Below the pieces are notes generated by a model. It was not told where the DNA came from, did no database searches, and was given only the letters and a program-made list of their open reading frames with translations. This document shows, piece by piece, positions 55,228 to 64,000 of a stretch of DNA of 64,000 nucleotides; position 1 is the first letter of the stretch; each line of letters opens with the position of its first letter. The translations under genes and the position numbers were made by a program. Source of the DNA: Conexivisphaerales archaeon. Its GTDB lineage: Archaea > Thermoproteota > Nitrososphaeria > Conexivisphaerales > DTJL01. The stretch covers positions 64,001 to 128,000 of the forward strand of contig JBEKZX010000001.1 of NCBI GenBank assembly GCA_049509455.1, given 5' to 3'.

Positions 55228-56631
55228 CTATCCCTTCACGACCCCTCTCTGCGTTATCCTGTAGGGGTCCAGCACCTTGTCCAGCTCCTCGTCGGTCATC
55301 AGCTTCTTCTCGCTGATCACCTGCCTCACGGAGACTTCCCGCTTCATTGCCTCCTTCACGATTTCTGCCGTCTTATCGAAGCCTAGGTAGGGGTTGAGCG
55401 CCAAAGCGATCCCCGAGCTGGCCTCGAGGAGCCGCTTCTCCTTGGCGATATCGACCACGAGGCCGGCGAGCAGCCTCTCCCGGAGCATCTTCAGGCCATT
55501 CTTCATTATCTCGGTGGAGAAGATCAGCTCGTAGGCTATCAGGGGCATCATCACGTTCAGCTCCATCTGCCCGGCGTGGCTTGCCTCCTCGATGGACCTT
55601 TCGCTGCCCATGACGTGGAAGCATATCATGTTCATGCACTCCGCGATGACCGGGTTCACCTTGCCGGGCATTATCGAGGAGCCGGGCTGGACGGCGGGGA
55701 GGGTCACTTCACCAAAGCCCGTCACAGGCCCAGAATTCATCAAGCGGAGGTCGTTGCAGATCTTGGAGACGTCCACCGCTAGCGTCTTCAGAGAGGACGC
55801 CGCCCAGAGGAGGTCAGCCATTGAGTGGGTCACGTCCACGAAAGAAGCGGGGCTCTTGAACCGGAAGCTGGTCTTGGCCGAAAGGAACCGCAGTGCTTCC
55901 TCGACATACGCGGGCTCGGCGTTCACGCCCGTGCCCACCGCCGACGCCCCGAGGTTCAGCTCGGTGAGCATATCGGCCGCCTTCCTCAGCCTTTCGCCAT
56001 CCTTGGAAAGCGTCCGGCTCCAACCTTCGAAGACTTGGCCGTACCTGATGGGGGCCGCGTCCATGAGATGCGTGCGCCCGGGCTTCACCACGGAGCTGTA
56101 CTTCGTCGCCAGGTCGCCCAGGCTAACCTCCAGGGAGTCCAGCTCGCCGAATAGCTCCCTAAGCAGCAGTAGGGCGGTGACCCGGATGACGGTGGGGATG
56201 AAGTCGTTGGTCGACTGGCCCATATTCACATCATCGTTCGGATGCACCAGAGAATACTGGCCCTTCTTCCCGCCCAGAAGCTCGATGGCCCTGTTAGCTA
56301 TTACTTCGTTCGCGTTCATGTTGTGAGAGGTGCCCGCACCCGCCTGGAAGACGTCCACAGGGAACTGGTCCAACAGCTTCCCAGAATACACCTCTTCGGC
56401 GGCCCTGCATATGGCGTCTCCCTTCCGCCTGTCGAGCGCGCCGGTCTTCATGTTGCCGACGGCAGCGGCCCACTTGACCAGAGCCGAGCTCCTGATGAAC
56501 AGGGGGTGAGCTCTGGTCCCGCTTATCCTAAAGTTGTCGAGGGCCCTGGCGGTCTGGACCCCATAGTATGCATCGAAAGGAACGTTAACCGGACCCAAGT
56601 AGTCCTTCTCGACCCTGAATTGCTCTGCCAA
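55228..56631 (-). CDS. aspA: Aspartate ammonia-lyase (fumarase/aspartase superfamily)
   Basis: YYGVQTARA, QAGAGTSHNMNANEVIANRA (aspartase-like), GQSTND, GRTHLMDA, GSSIMPGKVNP. Class II fumarase is not fully excluded. Confidence 0.8.
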   Translation of the reverse strand: MAEQFRVEKDYLGPVNVPFDAYYGVQTARALDNFRISGTRAHPLFIRSSALVKWAAAVGNMKTGALDRRKGDAICRAAEEVYSGKLLDQFPVDVFQAGAGTSHNMNANEVIANRAIELLGGKKGQYSLVHPNDDVNMGQSTNDFIPTVIRVTALLLLRELFGELDSLEVSLGDLATKYSSVVKPGRTHLMDAAPIRYGQVFEGWSRTLSKDGERLRKAADMLTELNLGASAVGTGVNAEPAYVEEALRFLSAKTSFRFKSPASFVDVTHSMADLLWAASSLKTLAVDVSKICNDLRLMNSGPVTGFGEVTLPAVQPGSSIMPGKVNPVIAECMNMICFHVMGSERSIEEASHAGQMELNVMMPLIAYELIFSTEIMKNGLKMLRERLLAGLVVDIAKEKRLLEASSGIALALNPYLGFDKTAEIVKEAMKREVSVRQVISEKKLMTDEELDKVLDPYRITQRGVVKG

Positions 56632-56685
56632 GGGTGCTTCGCTCTGACCTCTTCCTTTCCATGGTTCTCTTAAACTAAGCGCTCG

Positions 56686-57801
56686 ATGCGCCTCCTCCTG
56701 CGCTTGAAATGGAGGACGGTCTTTGGGCCGCCCATCACATCGTCCCGTTCGTCTTACATGAATCCTGTCTCGGCACTAGCTTTAAATCTCTCGTTCTGTC
56801 GGTCGTTGAGGAGTGTGATACGGTTGGACTACAGCCTCTGGAAGCTTAGGTTTACGATGCTGGGGACGCTGACCCTGGTCATCGGGGCTTCGACGTTATT
56901 CCTAGCCATAGTGTTGTCGTACTTGGGCGCCTTCGACATCATGACGGTTCTGGTGCTCGTCGTCGCCCTCAGTCTGATCCAATGGCTCGTGGGGCCCTAC
57001 CTGGTCGGGTTCATGTACCATGTGAAGGAGGTTCCCGCCAACCAGCAGACCGCGGTCCACGGGATGCTGGAAAGGATAGCCCAGAAGGCCGGCCTCAGGG
57101 TCCCCAGGCTCATGCTTTCGCCCGTGCCGGCGCCCAACGCCTTCGCCTACGGCTCGCCCATCACGGGGAGCAGGGTCTGCGTCACCCAGGGCCTCCTGAG
57201 CACGCTGGAGCCCGCGGAGGTGGAGGCAGTCCTAGGACACGAGCTGGGACATCTCAGGCACAGGGACGTTCAGATAATGATGTTTGTCTCGGTCCTTCCG
57301 GCCATCTTCTACTACCTCGGCTTTTCGCTATTTTTCGGCGGCTCGGTCGGCGGTTCCGGGAAGAACAACGGTGTTTCGGCCGCCGCCATCGGGGCCTTAG
57401 CTATGGTAGCTTACTTCATACTGAACCTCCTCGTGCTGAGCCTCAGCCGCGAGAGGGAGCTGTACGCGGACAGGCACGGCGCCCAAGTCGTCGAAGACGG
57501 CGCCGAGAAGCTGTCTTCGGCCCTAGCCAAACTCGACCTCTATGGGAGGCGCGGAATGTCCAAGAAGGGCCGCTCCTCCCAGGCCATGGGCTTCAAGGCC
57601 CTGCTCATCATCGACCCTGACACGACCCAGAAGGTCGTCACCCAGTCCGGCTACAGCGACGAACAGCTCATTGAGCAGGTGGCCAACAGGAGGATTTCGA
57701 CGGGCGAGAAGGTGTTCGAGGTCTTTTCGACGCACCCCAACATCGTCAAAAGGATTAGAATCCTGCAAGCCATGAGGGCCAGACCCTCCCAGATCCAGTA
57801 G
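56686..57801 (+). CDS. htpX: HtpX-family M48 zinc metalloprotease (true start probably near 56817)
   Basis: PNAFAYG, VTQGLL, VLGHELGHL (HExxH), SRERELYAD, FSTHP. Confidence 0.93.
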   Translation: MRLLLRLKWRTVFGPPITSSRSSYMNPVSALALNLSFCRSLRSVIRLDYSLWKLRFTMLGTLTLVIGASTLFLAIVLSYLGAFDIMTVLVLVVALSLIQWLVGPYLVGFMYHVKEVPANQQTAVHGMLERIAQKAGLRVPRLMLSPVPAPNAFAYGSPITGSRVCVTQGLLSTLEPAEVEAVLGHELGHLRHRDVQIMMFVSVLPAIFYYLGFSLFFGGSVGGSGKNNGVSAAAIGALAMVAYFILNLLVLSLSRERELYADRHGAQVVEDGAEKLSSALAKLDLYGRRGMSKKGRSSQAMGFKALLIIDPDTTQKVVTQSGYSDEQLIEQVANRRISTGEKVFEVFSTHPNIVKRIRILQAMRARPSQIQ

Positions 57802-57917
57802 ACCTCTCCAGCGGGAACGTCATTTCTCTTTCAAGCTTCCCCACCGCGGAGGTTAAATGAGGAACCGTTAAGAGTCTGGGAGGCGACGGTCGTTTTTGAC
57901 ATCGGTGACTGGTAAGA

Positions 57918-58286
57918 TTGGAAGAAACTTCAGGTAAGCCGGTCGTCCTTAGCGACGGCGATTTCAAGAGCGCCGTCCAGAGCCATCCCGCTCTCGTGGT
58001 GGACCTCTGGGCCGAATGGTGCTATCCCTGCAAGATGGTGGGCCCCTTGGTGGAGGAGCTCGCCTCGGAGTACAAGGGGAAGGTCCACTTCGGCAAGCTC
58101 AATGTCGACGAGAACCCCGCCACCGCCGAGGCCTTTGACGTCATGGCCATACCCACGCTGCTCGTCTTCCGAGACGGTAAGCTGGCCGGCAGGATCGTGG
58201 GGGCCCTGCCCAAACCCTCGCTGAAAGCGAAGATAGACCAGATCCTCGCGGGAACGGAGACGAAGCTCTACCCGCCTTCTCCATAA
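57918..58286 (+). CDS. trxA: Thioredoxin (WCYPC active site)
   Basis: VVDLWAEWCYPCKM, KLNVDENP, V.AIPTL. Confidence 0.92.
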   Translation: MEETSGKPVVLSDGDFKSAVQSHPALVVDLWAEWCYPCKMVGPLVEELASEYKGKVHFGKLNVDENPATAEAFDVMAIPTLLVFRDGKLAGRIVGALPKPSLKAKIDQILAGTETKLYPPSP

Positions 58287-58345
58287 CTTTCTGCCCAGCC
58301 TGCGCTGGGCTTTGGCAAATCAAAAGAAATGCGAATGAAAACTTA

Positions 58346-59977
58346 CTACATGCCGCCAGGCGGCGGGCCTCCGCCCTCTCTGCCCATGCCCTTCGAAGCA
58401 ATGACGTCGTCGATTCTCAAGATCATTATGGCGGCCTCGGTGGCCGACTTTATGATCTGCGACTTCACCACCGCTGGCTCGAAGACCTGTTCCTTCTCCA
58501 TGTCTCCCACCTTGCCGTCGAAGACGTTGATGCCGGCCCAAGTCTTGCCCTTAGAATGCGCGGCCCGCAGGTCCACTTGCGTGTCTATAGGGTCCATCCC
58601 GGCGTTGGAGGCCAGCGTCAGGGGGATGACCTCTAAAGCGTCTGCGAACGACTGCGCGGCCAGCTGCTCCCTACCCGACAGCGTGTGGGTCCACTCCCTT
58701 ATGCGGTGGGCTATCTCTGCCTCGGGTGCCCCTCCTCCGCATACGATCGTGGGCTTCTCGATCACGTCCTTGACCACGCTTATCGCGTCGTGCATGGCCC
58801 TCTCTCCCTCGTCAACGACCCTCTGAGAGCCGCCCCTCAGGAGGATGCTGACGGCCTTCGGGTTCTTGCAGCCTTCAACGAAGACCCACTTGTCCTGTTC
58901 GATCTTCCTCTCCTCGACCAACGCAGCCTGCCCCAAGTCGCCGCGAGTGAGGTCGCTGAGGTTTGTGACCATCCTGCCTCCAGTCGCCTTCGCCAGGCGC
59001 GTCATATCGCTCTCTTTCACGCGTCGGACGGCTAGGATGCCGGCTTTCGCGAGATAGTGCTGGGCGATATCGTCGATGCCCTTCTGCACGAAGACCACGG
59101 TGGCGCCAACCTCGGCGACCTTGTCCACCATGTTCTTCAGCATCTTCGCCTCTTCGTCAAGGAAGGACTTCATCTGGGTAGGGTCGGATATCCTGATTTC
59201 GGCGCTCATTTCGGTCTTCTCTATCTCGAGCGGTGAGTTGAGGAGCACGATCTTCGCCCCCTCCACCCTCTTGGGCATGCCGGCGTGGACAACCTCCTTG
59301 TCTATGATGATGCCGTTGATCAGCGTAGTGTCGCTGAGCGACTTCCCGGGCTTCTTCTCGACCTTGACGTTGTCGATGTCCACCTTCAGCTTATCGCTCG
59401 ACCTGTCTACCACGTGGAGCACCGCATCCACCACGATATTCGAAAGCTGCTCGCTCTCCTGCGAGACCAGCTTCGAAGCCAGGCTCGTCTTTGAGACTTT
59501 GATCAACCACTCCCTATCGGTGGGGTCCACCTTGATGGCGATCTTCGCCAAGACGTCTAGGGCCTTTTCGGATGCTATGGTGTAGCCGTCGACGATCAGT
59601 GTTGGATGAACGTCTTTGTCGATGAGCTCCTCGGCCTTTTCGAGAAGCGCGCCCGCCAGCACGACCGCACTCGTGGTGCCGTCGCCCACTTCGCTGTCAG
59701 TGGCCTTGCTTATCTCGACCATCATCTTGGCGCCCGGGTGCTGAACGTCGAGCTGCTTCAGCATGGTAGCGCCGTCGTTGGTGATAGTCACGTCGCCCAG
59801 GGAGTCGACGAGCATCTTGTCCATGCCCCTCGGCCCCAGCGAAGACTTGACTATCTCGGAGATAAGCTTCGCGGCGTTGATATTATTCCTGAGAGCATCC
59901 CTTCCCTTAGTTTCTGAGGCTCCCTCCTTCAGAACTATAACGGGTTGACCACCGGATTGGTATGTCATCAAATCCAC
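58346..59977 (-). CDS. Thermosome (group II chaperonin) subunit
   Basis: [41 protein letters not shown]. Confidence 0.97.
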   Translation of the reverse strand: MDLMTYQSGGQPVIVLKEGASETKGRDALRNNINAAKLISEIVKSSLGPRGMDKMLVDSLGDVTITNDGATMLKQLDVQHPGAKMMVEISKATDSEVGDGTTSAVVLAGALLEKAEELIDKDVHPTLIVDGYTIASEKALDVLAKIAIKVDPTDREWLIKVSKTSLASKLVSQESEQLSNIVVDAVLHVVDRSSDKLKVDIDNVKVEKKPGKSLSDTTLINGIIIDKEVVHAGMPKRVEGAKIVLLNSPLEIEKTEMSAEIRISDPTQMKSFLDEEAKMLKNMVDKVAEVGATVVFVQKGIDDIAQHYLAKAGILAVRRVKESDMTRLAKATGGRMVTNLSDLTRGDLGQAALVEERKIEQDKWVFVEGCKNPKAVSILLRGGSQRVVDEGERAMHDAISVVKDVIEKPTIVCGGGAPEAEIAHRIREWTHTLSGREQLAAQSFADALEVIPLTLASNAGMDPIDTQVDLRAAHSKGKTWAGINVFDGKVGDMEKEQVFEPAVVKSQIIKSATEAAIMILRIDDVIASKGMGREGGGPPPGGM

Positions 59978-60111
59978 CCTTGAAAAGACTTCGCGGATTC
60001 ACGTTGAGGAAGCCTCTATTTAATTTTTCTGCCTGTTCGGGACGAAGCCTCTTTTTTGATTACATCCTCTGAGCAACCGATATATCCGACTGAACGCCAA
60101 GCGACGTCGTC

Positions 60112-61020
60112 ATGAGCCAGAAAAGCGTCGAGGAACAGATCTCGGAGGCTGCCGCAACACTCATCACGACTGCGGCCATCTATCTGCCCGCCGACGTAAA
60201 GGCCGCCCTTAAGAGGGCCCAGGACGCAGAGGTCACCGAGCTCCCCAAGAAGGTCATCGGCTCCATGCTCGCGAATCTAGACGTCGCCGAGGCCGAGGGG
60301 AGGCCCTCATGCCAAGACACGGGCACCGTCATATTCTACGTGAAGGCGGGGGACCGCTTCCCCCACCTGGGCATACTCGAGAGCTCCTTGCGGAGCGCCA
60401 CCGTCAGGGCCACAGCTGATGCTCCCCTTCGGCCGAACTCCGTGAACATCCTCACGGGGAAGAACTCGGGGAACAACACCGGCGACAGGATCCCATGGAT
60501 AGAATGGGAGATCGTGCCGGGCTCCGAGACGGCCGACGTCACCGTCGTCCTCAAGGGTGGTGGGAGCGAATCACCCAGCATGGCGAAGGTCATCTCTCCC
60601 GCCGAAGGCATGAAGGGCGTCTACAAGATGGTCCTCGACGACATCTTCGAGCAGGGGCCAAAGCCCTGCCCGCCGGTCATAGTGGGCATAGGCCTCGGCC
60701 CTACGGCCGACATTGCGATGAAGTTGGCAAAGAAGTCCCTCCAGCGTGAGGTCGGCCAGCGAAACTCGGATGCGGAGCTCTCCAAGATCGAGGCCTCCCT
60801 GCTGGAGGCCATTAACAAGCTCGGTTGGGGCCCGCACGGCGTCGGGGGGCTGACGACGGCCCTCGACGTGCACATCGACGCCGTCAACCGCCATCCCGCG
60901 TCCTTCGCGGTGGGCATAGCTACTGCCTGCTGGGAGGACAGGAGAAGCACCATGAGAATCTACCCGGGAGGAAGGGTCGAGTTCATTACCCATGCGTTCC
61001 TCAACAAGGGAGGCGCCTGA
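60112..61020 (+). CDS. Class I fumarate hydratase/tartrate dehydratase alpha subunit
   Basis: RPSCQDTG, LRPN, GGGSES, PCPPVIVGIGLG, LGWGPHGVGG.TT, RHPAS, CW..R. Confidence 0.92.
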   Translation: MSQKSVEEQISEAAATLITTAAIYLPADVKAALKRAQDAEVTELPKKVIGSMLANLDVAEAEGRPSCQDTGTVIFYVKAGDRFPHLGILESSLRSATVRATADAPLRPNSVNILTGKNSGNNTGDRIPWIEWEIVPGSETADVTVVLKGGGSESPSMAKVISPAEGMKGVYKMVLDDIFEQGPKPCPPVIVGIGLGPTADIAMKLAKKSLQREVGQRNSDAELSKIEASLLEAINKLGWGPHGVGGLTTALDVHIDAVNRHPASFAVGIATACWEDRRSTMRIYPGGRVEFITHAFLNKGGA

Positions 61021-61627
61021 GTTGACCGAGTACAGGTTCACCACGCCCGTCGGCGACGAAGTCAGGAAGCTTCGCACCGGCGACATATTGTACGTAACGG
61101 GTACTGTCATCACAGCTAGGGACGCGGCCCATCGGCGCGCCCTGGAGCTCCTCAACAAGGGCGAGAAGCTCCCCGTCGACTTCCGCGGCCTGGCGATTTA
61201 CCATATGGGCCCCGTCGTGCGGAAGGTGGGCGACCGATGGGAGGTCATCTCCGCCGGCCCCACCACATCGGCCAGGATCGAGATGTACGAAGCCGAGTTC
61301 CTCGAGAAGACCGGGGCGAAGCTGGTCATCGGCAAGGGTGGCATGGGTGCGAAGACGGCCGAGGCATGCAAGCGGCTGGGGACGGCCTACGCCATCTACA
61401 CGGGCGGCGCCGGCGCCCTGGCCGCCAAGTCGATAAAGAAAGTCAAGGGCGTAGAATGGCTGGACCTCGGGTCGCCTGAGGCGCTGTGGATCCTCGAAGT
61501 GGAGGACTTCGGACCCCTCACGGTCATCATCGATTCCGAAGGGCGGAACTACTACGACGAGGTGAGGTCCAAGGCTAAGGTCAATCTCGCCGAAGCCTAC
61601 AGGATGATGGGGATAGCGACGCAGTGA
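60992..61627 (+). CDS. Class I fumarate hydratase/tartrate dehydratase beta subunit
   Basis: L.TGD...VTG...TARDAAH, GPTTSAR, IGKGGM, WLDLGSPEA.W..EV..FGPLTV.IDS.G. Confidence 0.92.
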   Translation: MRSSTREAPELTEYRFTTPVGDEVRKLRTGDILYVTGTVITARDAAHRRALELLNKGEKLPVDFRGLAIYHMGPVVRKVGDRWEVISAGPTTSARIEMYEAEFLEKTGAKLVIGKGGMGAKTAEACKRLGTAYAIYTGGAGALAAKSIKKVKGVEWLDLGSPEALWILEVEDFGPLTVIIDSEGRNYYDEVRSKAKVNLAEAYRMMGIATQ

Positions 61628-62013
61628 CACGCATACAGCTCACGAAGACGCTGGCCGACTCCCTCCTAGCCTTCTCCAAGGATCAATACCCCAACGAGAT
61701 GCTGGTCCTCCTTCGCGCCAAGAAGACCAGGGGGGTCATGCTCATCCACCAGGTGGTCTTCGCGCCTTTCATGGCGGGGGGGCGTGCGGCATCGACCTTC
61801 AACCCCTATCAGGTTCCCATCGACTCATCAATCGTGGGGACGGCCCATTCTCACCCTTCGGGGAACAACCACCCTTCCCTGCAGGACCTCCTTCATGTGT
61901 ACGGCTCGGTGATGATGATCATCGCTTACCCCTTTATGGGGGCGGAGTGCATAGCCGTCTACGACGCTCACGGCACCCCCCTGAGCTGGGACCTTGTGGA
62001 TGAAGAGGGATGA
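61624..62013 (+). CDS. JAMM/MPN+ metalloprotease
   Basis: YPNEM...AHSHPSG...PS.QD, an intact JAMM motif. Confidence 0.88.
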   Translation: MTRIQLTKTLADSLLAFSKDQYPNEMLVLLRAKKTRGVMLIHQVVFAPFMAGGRAASTFNPYQVPIDSSIVGTAHSHPSGNNHPSLQDLLHVYGSVMMIIAYPFMGAECIAVYDAHGTPLSWDLVDEEG

Positions 62014-62557
62014 ACTGCGGGCCGTAGCGGAGGAGGCCGCCGCATGCACGAAGTGCGACCTCTGCAGGGGGAGGACCAACGCCGTGCCGGGCGAGGGGCC
62101 CGCCAACGCCCGAATAATGCTACTGGGCGAAGCCCCGGGGAGAACTGAGGACAGCACGGGCCGACCCTTCGCGGGGCAGGCCGGCCGCATGCTGGACAGG
62201 GCCCTCTCCAAGGCAGGCTTGAAGAGGGAGGACGTCTTCATTACCAGCGTGGTGAAGTGCCGACCTCCCGAGAACAGGGAGCCTGACGATGACGAAATAG
62301 AGGCGTGCAAGAGCTTCCTTGAGAGACAGGTGGACGCGCTCAAGCCCAAGGTGATAGTCCTGTTGGGTAGGGTGGCTTACCTCAGCCTGACCGGGCGCAA
62401 GAGCAGCATCCAGAGGGGACCCGCTGGCCCCTATAGGGGAGCAGTGCTATACGCGACATGTCATCCGGCCGTCGCTCTCCATGGGAGGCCGCGGTGGCTG
62501 GATGCACTGGCGGTGGACCTCATGTCTGCCGCCGCCATCGCAGAGGCGTCGCGCTAG
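61994..62557 (+). CDS. Family 4 uracil-DNA glycosylase
   Basis: CTKCDLC, VPGEG, GEAPG..ED..GRPF.G.AG, VKCRPP.NR.P, HPA. Confidence 0.92.
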   Translation: MWMKRDELRAVAEEAAACTKCDLCRGRTNAVPGEGPANARIMLLGEAPGRTEDSTGRPFAGQAGRMLDRALSKAGLKREDVFITSVVKCRPPENREPDDDEIEACKSFLERQVDALKPKVIVLLGRVAYLSLTGRKSSIQRGPAGPYRGAVLYATCHPAVALHGRPRWLDALAVDLMSAAAIAEASR

Positions 62558-63787
62558 CTATCTCGTCCTATATCTGTAGTAGAGGATCAGCAACGTAGAC
62601 GCGAGGAGCAGGGCCGAGCAGATGTAGAAGGGGCTGGGGAGATAGACGCTGTACAGGACGGCCCCTATGAGCGGAGCTGGTATGGCCGCCAGCGTGGTCA
62701 AGCCTCCGAAGCCGCCCATCACCGTGGCCCTCTCCTCTATGCTCGAAAGGTCGGCCAGAAGCGCCACCTGGGCCGGCGCGTCCATCTGGCCCAGGCCCAT
62801 CCATGCCACATACATGAGGGCGGCGTAGACCGGGTTAGCATAGAGGATGAAGAGGCTCGCAAAGATGGCCTCCAGCAGGAAGCTCGTGGCTATCACCCAC
62901 GTCCTTCCCTTGAGATCGGCAAAGCGACCGAAGGGGATTTGCAGCAGGAACAGGGAGACCGCTTGGGCGGCATACATCGCACCGAGTAGCCACGGCGGCA
63001 TCGACGTGTGGCTCACCGCGTAAATGGGGACCAGATAGAGCACGAGGCTGAGCCCCGCGTCGTGCAGCATGTAGGCAGCTGTTGGAATCCTGAGGGCCTT
63101 CCGTCGCAGAGGCTCGATGTTATTGGCCACGTTCGCTCTGAAGCCGGCTCGCCCCTTGAGGTTAGGGGCCAACGTTTCCGTCAGAAGGAAGGTCCGTACC
63201 ACGGCTATGATCAGGATCACAGTGCCGCTGAATATGAACAGGGGCGCTAGAGACCGCATGCTGAAGGCGTCCTGGCCGGGGAGGCTGGTCAGGGTGAGGG
63301 TGAATCCCGAGAGCAGGAGGGCGACGGCCGAGATGCTGATTGCCAGCGAATTGAATATACCGAATGCCCTGCCCCTGAATTCGGGCTTTATGCCGTCCGA
63401 AATCATGGCCCTGAAATTCGGCTGAAGTGACGTCTGCGCCCAGTAGAAGAGGATTGGGGCCCCGATAAGCAAGGCGTTGTTGGGGAACAGGAGCAGAAGC
63501 GGTGATAGCCCCAGAAGATAGGAGCTCAATACGATGATCTTCTTCCTTCCATAGCTATCCCCGAGAGGCCCCGAGACAAGGTAGGCGACGGCCGTGACCA
63601 GGCCGTAGATTGAAAACGACCCACCGACCAGCAGGATGCTCGGGAAGCGTCCGTGCAGGAAGACCGAAAGGTAGCCCTGCCAAAGGCTTATGGAGAAGGT
63701 CGAAGCCGCGGATGTTATCCCCAGCACCGCCACGTTGCGGTTGATAGATTCGGTGCTGAAGAGTCGCACTATGCTTGCCTTCAACAT
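62558..63787 (-). CDS. MFS transporter
   Basis: About 12 TM segments, GPLGDSYGRKK and GRFADLKGR loop motifs. Confidence 0.9.
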   Translation of the reverse strand: MLKASIVRLFSTESINRNVAVLGITSAASTFSISLWQGYLSVFLHGRFPSILLVGGSFSIYGLVTAVAYLVSGPLGDSYGRKKIIVLSSYLLGLSPLLLLFPNNALLIGAPILFYWAQTSLQPNFRAMISDGIKPEFRGRAFGIFNSLAISISAVALLLSGFTLTLTSLPGQDAFSMRSLAPLFIFSGTVILIIAVVRTFLLTETLAPNLKGRAGFRANVANNIEPLRRKALRIPTAAYMLHDAGLSLVLYLVPIYAVSHTSMPPWLLGAMYAAQAVSLFLLQIPFGRFADLKGRTWVIATSFLLEAIFASLFILYANPVYAALMYVAWMGLGQMDAPAQVALLADLSSIEERATVMGGFGGLTTLAAIPAPLIGAVLYSVYLPSPFYICSALLLASTLLILYYRYRTR

Positions 63788-64000
63788 TCGCCGCGGTATA
63801 TCATCTGGTTCCCCAACTCATAAATGATACTTTGCGAGAACGGCATAGTCGTTGGGGAGTCGGAACATCGACGCTCAACTGACAAGCGACTTCAGGGCCC
63901 GAAGGCCGGGTACCGACGACGGCCCTTCGACTCGCCCTTTCCTTAAATACACCCCCGTAGACCGAGCCCAAAGACGCGCTTGGACACCAAGAAGGCGAAC

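Noticed and set aside
8051-62013. TusA, ThiI-like ATPase and JAMM protease as one sulfur-relay or SAMP system
   Set aside because: The genes are scattered across 54 kb with no ubiquitin-like protein or E1 enzyme nearby; ordinary housekeeping is sufficient.
60112-62557. Fumarase alpha/beta, JAMM and UDG overlapping genes as a functional system
   Set aside because: Tight overlaps are common in this compact genome and there is no plausible shared pathway.
1-64000. CRISPR array, cas genes, rRNA, transposase or integrase
   Set aside because: No regularly spaced repeat-spacer array, rRNA-like stretch or recognisable DDE, HUH or tyrosine-recombinase motifs were seen.

Overview
Gene-dense, GC-rich archaeal chromosome segment. 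Adjacent alaS-leuS, a Dph5-DUF357 fusion, a thermosome subunit, Pth2, Nre and an intron-containing tRNA point to a TACK archaeon, most plausibly a non-ammonia-oxidising Nitrososphaerota-like lineage (inference; no amo genes in this window). It contains a four-gene group 3b [NiFe]-hydrogenase operon, a hyp maturation cluster with a Thermococcales-style Mrp/MinD-type HypB next to HypA, central carbon genes (malic enzyme, PPDK, two-subunit fumarase, aspartase, long-form Gnd, an FGD-like F420-dependent enzyme, a double-SIS isomerase), housekeeping genes, and an accessory patch at about 36.8-43.2 kb that looks like a decayed integrated element. Two real features are missing from the ORF track: a partial adenine deaminase (1-1240, minus strand) and a tRNA-Lys(CTT) with two introns. 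Best leads: (1) a riboswitch-like leader with an anti-Shine-Dalgarno switch upstream of a QueT-family transporter; (2) a DeoC homologue lacking its Schiff-base lysine; (3) parts of a possible F420-linked oxidative pentose phosphate route, with a cyclase-family hydrolase coupled to gnd; (4) three GTAC-N6-GTAC boxes upstream of an orphan HTH gene; (5) a PriL N-terminal domain fused to a PriX-like domain with no Fe-S cysteines. All family calls come from motif recognition by eye. No database searches or folding programs were run.
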